From assembly GCA_001792305.1 (NCBI GenBank), contig MGGH01000005.1:1-49993 (forward strand): a stretch of DNA of 49,993 nucleotides. Direction: 5' to 3'. The stretch's first letter is position 1. Each line of letters starts with the position of its first letter. Under the pieces are notes generated by a model, which had not been told where the DNA came from, did no database searches, and was given only the letters and a program-made list of their open reading frames with translations. Of this stretch, positions 19,083 through 27,673 are shown one piece after another. Position numbers and translations under genes: made by a program. The stretch comes from Candidatus Woesebacteria bacterium RIFCSPHIGHO2_01_FULL_39_23 (GTDB taxonomy: Bacteria; Patescibacteriota; Microgenomatia; UBA8517).

Positions 19083-21452
19083 TTAAGGAGCAAGCTCCCT
19101 CCATAACCCGCCTCGTTTAAGGAGTGCTTTAGGCATTCTAATTACGTATCCTGGCTTAAAGTTAAAAAGTTCTGCTGGTTCTGTAGTGTTTCTTGCAACA
19201 AGGTCTCTTGCAAGATTTACTTGTCCCCAAGAAATTACAGATCCGTTTGCAACTAGCTGGGATGGTCCTGCAGAAACTACGAACTGGTTACCTACAAATA
19301 TACCGTTAACTGTCTGGGTCGGTGGATTGAGAGATGGATTTTGTATATTAATGGTTCCGTTAACCACAGCCATGAAAAACTGAGAAGCTGGAGTTGGCAT
19401 GTCTATATTGCCGTTAATGGTTAAGTTTCCGTTAACAAAAAGTACTGCGTTTTGGTTAACAGCTAGAGTCAAACTTTCAATAGTAAAATCTCCTGTATAT
19501 GTATACCATTCATAACCATCGAAGCTGCATGATACACAGGATAGATTTCCGTTTACAGGCGTTGTTGGATTTTGTGGCGTAACTCCTACTGGGATTTTGT
19601 TAAAAAAGTAACTGTAATCGTGCCTAGTTGCAGAACTGTAGGGCGTCGAGCTGTTCACAAGCCAATTTTCCTCCAGATTATCTCTTACAAGTCTGCCATT
19701 ACCCATACCGAAGTTGGGTGCGGTCGCTGAATTATAAAGAGTAATCCCGGGATAAAGTGAAGAGTTGTCATTTAACTCACGGACTAAATAAGGATCACAC
19801 CCTGGTGGCGTACAGGCGAAAGGAATCATTGAGCTAATACTACCGTTTGCAAAAACATTCCCTCCAACAGTCTGCCACCATGGACCAGGAAGTATTACTG
19901 TCACTGTGCCGTCAGGATCTGCTACTCCAGTACTTGAGCAAGATATATTACCAAATGAAGGTGTTAGGTATGCGGTTACTAAAATGGTTGTATTTCCGAC
20001 ACCTACACCCTCTACTCCTGTAGCAGTAATAGTTCTACCTAAAATGTCGGAGAAATCCGTGTTGTCAGTATAGATATAACTGGGAGACACTGCAGCATCT
20101 CCATTCATTCTAGCTATGGAATTATTTTGTGATTGAAATAAAACTTGATCAATAGTGGCTCCTCCAGTTGGTTTTACTGTCGCATAAACATCCCTAACTT
20201 CGCCTATTTGTAGATTATTTGTATCGGTTACTGCTGTAACTTCACATCCAGCCGGGGGGGGTTGAGCTGAGACTGTAATTACATCATTCCCCACAATACC
20301 ATTTACTGTTTCTGACCCTTGGTTGCAGTCCACCCAAGCTCTGCAATCTGTTACACTTGTTGCGGTTACTGGGTCCCACTCGGGGCACCAAGGATTGCCT
20401 GAACACCGTGCCTCTGAAGGACCTGATATGGAGATTACGGTAACATAGTAATCTTCGGCTGATGGAAAAGTAATGTTATCGGTAATAAGCCCAGAACCAG
20501 TAATTTGGCCATTAGATTGAGTCCATAGCGCGTTAGCTGCCGCTGCAGTTGACTTATAAAAAATGCGTGTCTGGCCTCGTCCAGATCCTGCGCAGTCGGC
20601 TGTGAAGTTTTCTGGAACTTCCGCATTAACTGTACCAGGCGTAGTTTGGCTTATTCTACAAGTAACATCCGGTTTTGCCCAAAAAGATATCCCTTCTGCT
20701 AACCATCTATCCCACTGGTCAACAGCATAATATGGTTGACTGCATAACCAACCATTAGGCTTAATACAACCCACACTTCTTCCAGATTTATCTCGTGTTG
20801 TTTGGGTATACCAAAATGGTCCATATCTTGGGTTAAGACCACCTGTATAATTACCTTGACCCACTCCATTTCTCCATGCCCCCGAGTCATAAGCATCACA
20901 TGCTGCAGCACCGTCGGGTTTCGACCAACCAATCATACCTATATCTGCGTTACGATATTCATTTAAAACTGCCCCTTCGCTTCTGCAAGTTGGTCCGTCA
21001 GTGTTGATTGGTATACCGATCGTAAAAATATCAACATTTGTATAGGGTCCACCTTCCGTACACTGATGAGAGGAATTTTGTATAAAATTGTAATAACGAC
21101 CATAAGTCGCTGTTTCGTCCGGGCTGTTGTTTCGGTTTTGATCGAGAGTGATACGACCGTTGTAGATTCTAGTTTGTGTTGTGCAATCTGGACCTTGTTG
21201 TCCACCGGTACATGGACATCCATCTTGACAGCTGCTTCTATCGCAACTACCTACTTCACATGTTCCATCGACGCACACATTATCTGCGTAACAATATTTA
21301 CAGAATGAACCGCCACAACTCTCATCACAATAAAGTATGTTCTGTTGACAATCGCTGTCACTAGTGCATTGGGCGCCAAAGGCAACGGTCGGAATTTTCA
21401 AAAATGTCCAAACAATCACTGAAGTAAAAATCACTAAGAAATTTTTTTTCAT
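19083..21452 (-). CDS. Large secreted Cys-rich surface protein (Ig-like domain plus predicted beta-helix C-terminus)
   Basis: Signal peptide MKKNFLVIFTSVIVWTFLKIPTVAFGAQ. The N-terminal 60 aa hold about 16 Cys. The mid region resembles a Big_2-like fold (VTAVTDTNNLQIGEVRDVYATVKP...GVGNTTILVTAYL). The C-terminus has repeated NG-x-hydrophobic beta-helix-like strands (VLFVNGNLTINGNIDM, VVNGTINIQN). Composition is G/T/N/S-rich and K/E-poor, unlike the neighbouring genes. Confidence 0.8.
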   Translation of the reverse strand: MKKNFLVIFTSVIVWTFLKIPTVAFGAQCTSDSDCQQNILYCDESCGGSFCKYCYADNVCVDGTCEVGSCDRSSCQDGCPCTGGQQGPDCTTQTRIYNGRITLDQNRNNSPDETATYGRYYNFIQNSSHQCTEGGPYTNVDIFTIGIPINTDGPTCRSEGAVLNEYRNADIGMIGWSKPDGAAACDAYDSGAWRNGVGQGNYTGGLNPRYGPFWYTQTTRDKSGRSVGCIKPNGWLCSQPYYAVDQWDRWLAEGISFWAKPDVTCRISQTTPGTVNAEVPENFTADCAGSGRGQTRIFYKSTAAAANALWTQSNGQITGSGLITDNITFPSAEDYYVTVISISGPSEARCSGNPWCPEWDPVTATSVTDCRAWVDCNQGSETVNGIVGNDVITVSAQPPPAGCEVTAVTDTNNLQIGEVRDVYATVKPTGGATIDQVLFQSQNNSIARMNGDAAVSPSYIYTDNTDFSDILGRTITATGVEGVGVGNTTILVTAYLTPSFGNISCSSTGVADPDGTVTVILPGPWWQTVGGNVFANGSISSMIPFACTPPGCDPYLVRELNDNSSLYPGITLYNSATAPNFGMGNGRLVRDNLEENWLVNSSTPYSSATRHDYSYFFNKIPVGVTPQNPTTPVNGNLSCVSCSFDGYEWYTYTGDFTIESLTLAVNQNAVLFVNGNLTINGNIDMPTPASQFFMAVVNGTINIQNPSLNPPTQTVNGIFVGNQFVVSAGPSQLVANGSVISWGQVNLARDLVARNTTEPAELFNFKPGYVIRMPKALLKRGGLWRELAP
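20254..20261 (-). repeat. C8 homopolymer inside the Cys-rich protein CDS
   Basis: The coding strand reads CAA CCC CCC CCG (QPPP, about codons 398-400). It is one of only two G/C runs of 8 nt that I found in the window. Confidence 0.9.
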
Positions 21453-21459
21453 GTTAGTA

Positions 21460-22068
21460 TTAGTAAACCGTTACTGCCAGTTGATCGGTGAACAACTCGC
21501 CGTTCCTGATATCAAGCCATAGCGTGACACGTCTGTTTAAGAAAGACGGGACTGCGGTTTCCTGTATCAACTTACCTTGAGTTTTTGGCGGATAAAAGAT
21601 TCCGTCCGGATCAGCCTTAAGCTCAACTACCCCGTAATCAGTTTGGATTTTGATACGGCCTCCACCATGGTCCCATTCCTGTACCGTGCCATAAAGAAAT
21701 AGTTGTGTCTCATTGGTATCATCTGCCACTTGGTTTGCGTAGAAACCCAAAACTTGTTCTGATGTTTCTCTGTTAACCATCCCTGGATATGTTTCAGTAT
21801 AGAGTACCTGTGTTTCAGAATCATTGCTGGCCTGAAGTGGTTTTAATGGAAGCAGTTTATTTTCAGATGTGGAGTTTCCATTGGTGACAGTTTGGCTAGT
21901 GTTAGACGATTTACTTTTTCTTAAGACCAAAAAATAATAAACAGTTATTGTGTATATTATGAGAAGAGCAATTATAATAAAAGCAATAGTAAGACGCTTT
22001 CCAGAAAAACGGTTTTGGTTTTGATCGAAAGGAATTTTATTCACAACCATTGGATACTGATCTATCAT
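21460..22068 (-). CDS. Single-pass membrane protein, unknown function (first gene of the Cys-rich protein operon)
   Basis: I prefer the ATG at 22068, which has AGGAG 10 nt upstream. It has one TM helix (LTIAFIIIALLIIYTITVYYFLVL), a Ser/Thr/Asn linker and a small beta-rich ectodomain. The ORF-track TTG at 22119 coincides with a -35 hexamer. Confidence 0.65.
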   Translation of the reverse strand: MIDQYPMVVNKIPFDQNQNRFSGKRLTIAFIIIALLIIYTITVYYFLVLRKSKSSNTSQTVTNGNSTSENKLLPLKPLQASNDSETQVLYTETYPGMVNRETSEQVLGFYANQVADDTNETQLFLYGTVQEWDHGGGRIKIQTDYGVVELKADPDGIFYPPKTQGKLIQETAVPSFLNRRVTLWLDIRNGELFTDQLAVTVY

Positions 22069-22090
22069 CGAAAAACTACTCCTGACTTTA

Positions 22091-22119
22091 AGAATAGAAG
22101 GTAAGTAAGAAGAGGTCAA
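22091..22119 (-). promoter_or_regulatory. Promoter of the membrane / Cys-rich protein / holB operon
   Basis: On the minus strand: TTGACC (22119-22114), 17 nt, then TATTCT (22096-22091). SD AGGAG and the ATG follow. Confidence 0.4.
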
Positions 22120-22128
22120 GATTTAACA

Positions 22129-22157
22129 TTGATTTAGTTGTTCAAGTTTGTCAATAT
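22129..22157 (+). promoter_or_regulatory. Promoter of the pil operon (leaderless configuration)
   Basis: TTGATT (22129-22134), 17 nt, CAATAT (22152-22157), then 6 nt to the pilB ATG at 22164. No SD. Confidence 0.4.
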
Positions 22158-22163
22158 GAATAT

Positions 22164-23900
22164 ATGCCTGCAAAACGAACGCAAAATAAAGACAATGAAG
22201 AAGCGTCTTCTTTAATAGATGTATTAGTAACTCAAGGAGTACTTACGCGTGAACGTGGCGATCAGATAAAACTCGCCGAAGTCCAGTCCGGTAAATCTCA
22301 GGAAGAGATTTTAAAAGACCAAAATATAGTCACAGATGAGGAGCTAACAAAAGCAAAAGCTTCTTACTATAACGTTCCTTATATTGACCTGTCGTCAAGC
22401 CCGGTTAACCCCGATGCGTTATCTATTCTTCCAAAAGAAGTCGCCGAGCGATTTTTAGTTTTCCCTCTTAATATTGACCGCACTCAAAAAGTGCTTGTCA
22501 TAGCGATGGCAGACCCATTGGACCTGACCGCTATCGAGTTTGTTGAACAAAAAACTGGTATGCGTGTTAAGCCTTTAACCGCGGAGAAGTCAAAAATCAT
22601 CGAATTCATTTCATTTAGATATTCTACTTCTTTGTCACAACAAGTAACGGCGGCTCTCAAAGAAGTCGCCCCTGAAGAATCCAAATTTAGAACACTTGAC
22701 CTGTCGGCACAGACTGGTGTAATTCGTCAAGAGAAGACAAGTGAAATAGTGAGCCATATCCTTGAATTTTCGGTAAAATCGCGCGCATCGGATATTCACA
22801 TCGAGCCTCAGGAGAAATCGACTAGAGTACGCTATCGAATAGATGGAATTTTACAAGAGAAGCTTACAGTACCCCGTGCTCTTCATGACGCAATTATCTC
22901 GAGGATAAAAATCCTTGCTGGAATGAAAATTGATGAAAAAAGAATTCCACAAGACGGAAGGTTTAACTTTAAGACCACGGAGGAAGAGGTAGACTTAAGG
23001 GTCTCAAGTGTCCCGACTTCATGGGGCGAGAAAGTGGTTATGAGATTACTCAAGAAAACCGGTGGTATACCTGACCTTCCTATGCTTGGGCTTCGTGGTC
23101 GGGCTCTTAAAAATTTGGAAGACGCAATCCTTAGGCCTCATGGAATTATCACCATTTGCGGGCCAACAGGATCAGGGAAAACGACGACTCTATACTCGAT
23201 TATTTCAAAAATTAATACGTCGAAGATAAACATAATGACTCTTGAGGATCCAATTGAATATAAAATCCCAGGTGTTAACCAAATCCAGATTAACCCTGCA
23301 GTGGGCTTAACTTTTGCATCGGGGCTGCGGTCCTTTTTAAGGCAAGATCCGAATGTCATTTTAGTCGGCGAGATTCGTGATCAGGAAACAGCTGATCTTG
23401 CAATTCAAGCCTCGCTTACTGGTCATCTAGTATTCTCGACCTTACACACAAATGACGCCTCAGGTGCCTTGCCTAGACTTCTTGATATGCACGCAGAGCC
23501 GTTTTTACTTGCTTCGTCAATGACTTGCATTGCGGCTCAGAGAGTGCTTCGAAGAATTGACGAAAAAAATAAGGAGGAATATATCCCAGAACCAAAAATT
23601 TTGGATGACATGAGGCTGGTTTTGGGCTCTCTTTTCCCTGAGAGTCGGGAAATTAAGCTTTATCGAGGGAGACCTACGAGCGAAAACAATAACTCTGGCT
23701 ACATGGGTAGAATTGCTATATTTGAGGTTTTGCCAGTTTCTGAGAAAATTAGTAGACTGATATTAGAGAGAAAACCTGCTTCGGATGTTGAAGCTGTTGC
23801 AAAAGATGAAGGAATGATTACCTTAAAGCAGGATGGGTACTTGAAAGTCTTGGAAGGAGTAACAACAATAGAAGAGGTCCTTAGAGTGGGTCAGGAATAA
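22164..23900 (+). CDS. pilB: Type IV pilus assembly ATPase PilB (GspE family)
   Basis: N-terminal GSPII_E_N-like domain, Walker A GPTGSGKTTT, Walker B ILVGEIRD, His box GHLVFSTLHTND. Confidence 0.92.
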   Translation: MPAKRTQNKDNEEASSLIDVLVTQGVLTRERGDQIKLAEVQSGKSQEEILKDQNIVTDEELTKAKASYYNVPYIDLSSSPVNPDALSILPKEVAERFLVFPLNIDRTQKVLVIAMADPLDLTAIEFVEQKTGMRVKPLTAEKSKIIEFISFRYSTSLSQQVTAALKEVAPEESKFRTLDLSAQTGVIRQEKTSEIVSHILEFSVKSRASDIHIEPQEKSTRVRYRIDGILQEKLTVPRALHDAIISRIKILAGMKIDEKRIPQDGRFNFKTTEEEVDLRVSSVPTSWGEKVVMRLLKKTGGIPDLPMLGLRGRALKNLEDAILRPHGIITICGPTGSGKTTTLYSIISKINTSKINIMTLEDPIEYKIPGVNQIQINPAVGLTFASGLRSFLRQDPNVILVGEIRDQETADLAIQASLTGHLVFSTLHTNDASGALPRLLDMHAEPFLLASSMTCIAAQRVLRRIDEKNKEEYIPEPKILDDMRLVLGSLFPESREIKLYRGRPTSENNNSGYMGRIAIFEVLPVSEKISRLILERKPASDVEAVAKDEGMITLKQDGYLKVLEGVTTIEEVLRVGQE

Positions 23901-23904
23901 ATTC

Positions 23905-24969
23905 ATGAATATTAATGAGCTTTTACAATTGACGGTCGACCGAAAAGCGTCGGATCTTCATCTTGTTGTCGGCACACCACCTTCGATAAGGGTGGACGGT
24001 GTTCTTTACTCTATTTCAGGAGAAGGGGTGTTGACCCCTGAAGTTGTCGATGAACACCTTAAAAAGATCCTTTCAGCTGAGCAGCTGGGGAGACTCTCTG
24101 TAAATAAAGAAATTGACTTCTCACTTCATTTTTCAGAAAAAGCGAGATTTCGCGCTAATGCTTACACACAAAGAGGAAAGTCGTCCGTTGCCTTTAGGAT
24201 GATCCCGCTTGAAGTACCAGTAATAGATAAACTTGGCCTTCCCAAAATTCTTCACAGTTTTACAAATCTTAGACAGGGTCTGATACTCGTAACAGGCCCT
24301 ACTGGTCACGGGAAGTCTACTACACTCGCCGCTATAATAGATGAGATCAATACAAATAGGGCAGTCCATGTTATTACAATAGAAGACCCTATTGAGTTTA
24401 TTTTCCGTCCTAAGCAAGCAATCATAAGCCAACGCGAGATGCACAACGATACTCATTCCTGGGCAACAGCTCTTCGGTCGGCTCTGAGGGAAGATCCCGA
24501 CGTTGTGTTGATTGGGGAAATGAGAGATTATGAGACAATCGCCTCAGCACTTACTGTGGCAGAAACGGGGCACCTGGTATTTGCGACGTTACACACAAAC
24601 TCCGCCGCACAAACAATCGATCGTGTAGTGGATGTATTTCCCGAGGACCAGCAAGACCAGGTAAAATTGCAGTTATCAAATGTGCTCGAGGCCGTTTTTT
24701 CAATGAGGCTTATTCCAGCTATTGCCGGAGGCAGGTTTCCCGCCTACGAAATTATGCTTGCGACTACTGCCATAAAAACTGCGATTCGTGAAGGAAAAAC
24801 TCATCAAATTGACTCTATTATCCAGACTTCCCAAGAAGTCGGAATGCTCAACCTTGAGTACACGCTTGCACGACTTGTGCGCGATGGTAAGGTCACAATG
24901 GAAATGGCACTGTCCTATAGCCTCCGACCAGAAGAGTTACAACGCCAAGTAAAGCCAGATAAAATCTGA
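23905..24969 (+). CDS. pilT: Type IV pilus retraction ATPase PilT
   Basis: 354 aa. ASDLHL, GPTGHGKSTT, LIGEMRD and GHLVFATLHTNSA motifs are present. Confidence 0.92.
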   Translation: MNINELLQLTVDRKASDLHLVVGTPPSIRVDGVLYSISGEGVLTPEVVDEHLKKILSAEQLGRLSVNKEIDFSLHFSEKARFRANAYTQRGKSSVAFRMIPLEVPVIDKLGLPKILHSFTNLRQGLILVTGPTGHGKSTTLAAIIDEINTNRAVHVITIEDPIEFIFRPKQAIISQREMHNDTHSWATALRSALREDPDVVLIGEMRDYETIASALTVAETGHLVFATLHTNSAAQTIDRVVDVFPEDQQDQVKLQLSNVLEAVFSMRLIPAIAGGRFPAYEIMLATTAIKTAIREGKTHQIDSIIQTSQEVGMLNLEYTLARLVRDGKVTMEMALSYSLRPEELQRQVKPDKI

Positions 24970-24976
24970 ATTTTAA

Positions 24977-26182
24977 ATGAAGAAATTCCGCTACAAAGCG
25001 AAAGACACTAACGGTAAGACTGTTATGGGATTTGTGGAAGCGGCTAGCGACATGGCTGCCGCAAAATTACTTCGGAATCGAGGCTTCATTGTTATTGACC
25101 TTAAGCCTTCTTACGAAAACCTATTTTCAATTTTTTCAAGATTTACTAAAAGAGTAACGTCTGGGGACGTTACAAATTTTACCAGGCAGATGTCTACGAT
25201 GATTAACGCAGGGCTACCCATTACAGAATCCTTAGTGATTTTGCGGACACAATCCAAGCCTTCGTTTTCAAGTCTTGTTACTCAAATACTTGCCGATGTG
25301 GAAGGGGGAGAGTCGCTTTCGAATTCTCTTTCAAAATTTCCCAAAGTTTTTTCTCCTACCTATATCGCCTTGGTAAAAGCAGGTGAAACCGGTGGTGTGT
25401 TGGATAAAATTTTACTTCGTTTGGCAGATAATATGGAAAGATCCCAAGAATTCAAAGGCAAGGTAAAAAGCGCTCTGGTTTATCCCATTATCATTGTTAT
25501 TGGCATGCTTGTAGTATCGGCAATAATGATGATATTTGTAATTCCCAGAATGACTGATCTCTACACTCAATTTGACGCTGAGTTACCCTTTACAACGAAA
25601 ATATTAATAAGCACATCTAATTTTTCTCAAAAGTTCTGGCCTCTGATTCTGCTGTCAGTGGTTGTAGGTATCTTTTTAATAAAGGCTTACGCAAAAACCA
25701 AATCAGGACGAAACAAAATTGACAGCCTGCTTCTTAATATCCCACTTATTGGGTCATTGAATAGACAGGTGATATTAACAGAGCTCACTCGAACGTTATC
25801 TCTTATGGTAGGCTCAGGCGTAGCAATTCTTGATGGCCTGAAGATCACCAGAGATGTAATTCGAAACAGTGTGATAGCCGAGGCAATGGATGATGTTAGC
25901 TTGAATGTGGCCAAAGGATTTCCTATTGCCTACTCTTTTGCAAAACATGCGGAAGCCTTTCCTTTTATTCTTCCTCAAATGATTGCCGTTGGGGAAGAAA
26001 CCGGTAAAATGGATGAAGTTCTCTCAAAAGTGAGTCATGTGTTTGAGACCGAAAGCGAGCAAAAGCTAAAAGCGTTAACCGCTGCAATAGAGCCTATTAT
26101 TATGATTTTTTTGGGAATAGGAGTCGGGTTTCTGGTTATTTCTGTAATAATGCCGATTTATAACTTGACAACTACTTTGTAA
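24977..26182 (+). CDS. pilC: Type IV pilus platform protein PilC (GspF family)
   Basis: 401 aa. Two T2SSF repeats and three TM segments. Confidence 0.92.
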   Translation: MKKFRYKAKDTNGKTVMGFVEAASDMAAAKLLRNRGFIVIDLKPSYENLFSIFSRFTKRVTSGDVTNFTRQMSTMINAGLPITESLVILRTQSKPSFSSLVTQILADVEGGESLSNSLSKFPKVFSPTYIALVKAGETGGVLDKILLRLADNMERSQEFKGKVKSALVYPIIIVIGMLVVSAIMMIFVIPRMTDLYTQFDAELPFTTKILISTSNFSQKFWPLILLSVVVGIFLIKAYAKTKSGRNKIDSLLLNIPLIGSLNRQVILTELTRTLSLMVGSGVAILDGLKITRDVIRNSVIAEAMDDVSLNVAKGFPIAYSFAKHAEAFPFILPQMIAVGEETGKMDEVLSKVSHVFETESEQKLKALTAAIEPIIMIFLGIGVGFLVISVIMPIYNLTTTL

Positions 26183-26210
26183 TAATTACATACTAGATTT
26201 GTAATCATAT

Positions 26211-26218
26211 GGGGGGGG
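26211..26218 (+). repeat. G8 homopolymer in the major-pilin 5-prime region
   Basis: GGGGGGGG is read directly. It forms part of the only SD-like element (GGGGGGGGTGA) upstream of the pilin gene. Confidence 0.9.
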
Positions 26219-26237
26219 TGAAAAAATTCTGTCCAAT

Positions 26238-26813
26238 TTGAAAATTAAAAAAAGCCAGTCTGCCGGCAGGCAGGGTTTTACACTTGTAGAGCTTTTGATT
26301 GTTATTGCAGTTCTCGGTATATTGGCCGTAGTAGTGCTGATTGCAATAAATCCTGTTGAGCAGTTTCGAAGAACCAGAGATGCTGGTCGTGCTTCGACAG
26401 TAGCCCAGCTTGGGCATGCTTTGGAGGCATTTGCAGCAGCCAGAAACGGTGTTTATCCTACCGATAGTGCTGTTGCAACCGATACCTGTACTGACACGAC
26501 TGCACCATTTGCTTATAACTCAAGCCCATCATGGATAACAGAGTGTTTGGTAGACGCTGGGGAAATACAAATTGTTCCTGCAGCCCCGGTGGGATCGCAA
26601 AATTGCCCTGCTGGTGCAGACCAAAACGATTGGTGTCTTGACGCGGACGGTGGAGCAGCAGTGGTATATACAGAAGCTGAAGCGCTTACAAATACTCAAC
26701 AGTGTGGTACTGAAACCGCATATTTTGCATATAATACATCTGAGGGAAGAGGTGGATTGTGGTGCGATAACAATCAACCTGTTGTTAATGAAACAGGCCA
26801 ATTTATTAACTAA
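26238..26813 (+). CDS. Type IV pilin (probable major pilin)
   Basis: Class III signal MKIKKSQSAGRQG/FTLVELLIVIAVLGILA with Glu5. First pilin after pilC. The C-terminal globular part has 6 Cys. Start is uncertain: TTG at 26238, or the in-frame ATT at 26226, which is better spaced from the SD. Confidence 0.85.
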   Translation: MKIKKSQSAGRQGFTLVELLIVIAVLGILAVVVLIAINPVEQFRRTRDAGRASTVAQLGHALEAFAAARNGVYPTDSAVATDTCTDTTAPFAYNSSPSWITECLVDAGEIQIVPAAPVGSQNCPAGADQNDWCLDADGGAAVVYTEAEALTNTQQCGTETAYFAYNTSEGRGGLWCDNNQPVVNETGQFIN

Positions 26814-26817
26814 TTTA

Positions 26818-26870
26818 AACGCCAGAACTTCAGGAGTTGGGTGATTTTGTAGATTAATTGTTCTGGCGTT
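26818..26870 (+). terminator. Long-loop hairpin after the major pilin gene (partial terminator or processing site)
   Basis: AACGCCAGAAC (26818-26828) pairs with GTTCTGGCGTT (26860-26870), an 11-bp perfect stem with a 31-nt loop. Confidence 0.45.
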
Positions 26871-26887
26871 GATTATGTCGAGAATAA

Positions 26888-27673
26888 ATGTTAACTGGAA
26901 TATTAGTTTTTGTATGCGGGCTAATAATTGGCTCATTTATTAGCGCTTATACATACAGAACACCAAGGAATTTATCTGTTATAAAGGGGCGATCCATATG
27001 CCCCAAGTGCAAGACAAAAATTAGTTGGTATGACAATGTGCCTATCGTTTCTTACTTTTTTCTAAAGGGTCGCTGCAGAAATTGTAATAAAAAGATTTCC
27101 GCCCGCTATCCCCTGATAGAGTTTTCAACAGCAATAATATTTCTTGTTAGCTTTTTTGCTCAAGGTTTGATAAGAGCTAATGTTCCCTGGTTAATGCTTA
27201 TTCCCGATTATATTTTTTTACCTTTTGTTATCTTTCTTGTATCAATCTTTATCTCTATCTTTGTAATCGATACTGAACAACAAATTATTCCCGACGAGTT
27301 GATATTTATAGCTTTATGTGTAGCGTTTTTAATATTAATTCTCTCCGGGTACCCAAAATTTTATGAGAATTTATTGGCTTCTTTAGCGTCCGCACTATTT
27401 TTACTGCTTTTGCATATTTTGACTCGGGGAGCTGGAATGGGTTTGGGAGACGTGAAATTGGCAATACTAATCGGTTTACTATTGGGTATAAATTTAGGTG
27501 TACTTTCGATATTTTTGAGTTTTATATTGGGTGGGGCAGTAGCTTTGTTTTTATTAATATTAAAGAAAGCTCACCTTGGCCAAAGAATTGCCTTTGGACC
27601 TTTTATGATTGCATCTTATTTTATAGTTATGTTTTTTGGTGATAAAATAGTGTCAAGTGTTTTCCCTTTCTAA
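26888..27673 (+). CDS. pilD: Prepilin peptidase / N-methyltransferase PilD (A24 family)
   Basis: CPKC...CRNC zinc motif. The catalytic Asp contexts are IIPDE and GMGLGDVKL. About 7-8 TM helices. Confidence 0.92.
   Translation: MLTGILVFVCGLIIGSFISAYTYRTPRNLSVIKGRSICPKCKTKISWYDNVPIVSYFFLKGRCRNCNKKISARYPLIEFSTAIIFLVSFFAQGLIRANVPWLMLIPDYIFLPFVIFLVSIFISIFVIDTEQQIIPDELIFIALCVAFLILILSGYPKFYENLLASLASALFLLLLHILTRGAGMGLGDVKLAILIGLLLGINLGVLSIFLSFILGGAVALFLLILKKAHLGQRIAFGPFMIASYFIVMFFGDKIVSSVFPF

Noticed and set aside
22069-22119. TTG at 22119 as the start codon of the 219-aa ORF.
   Set aside because: That TTG is the first half of a TTGACC -35 hexamer with a correctly spaced TATTCT -10 box. The ATG at 22068 has a good AGGAG SD.
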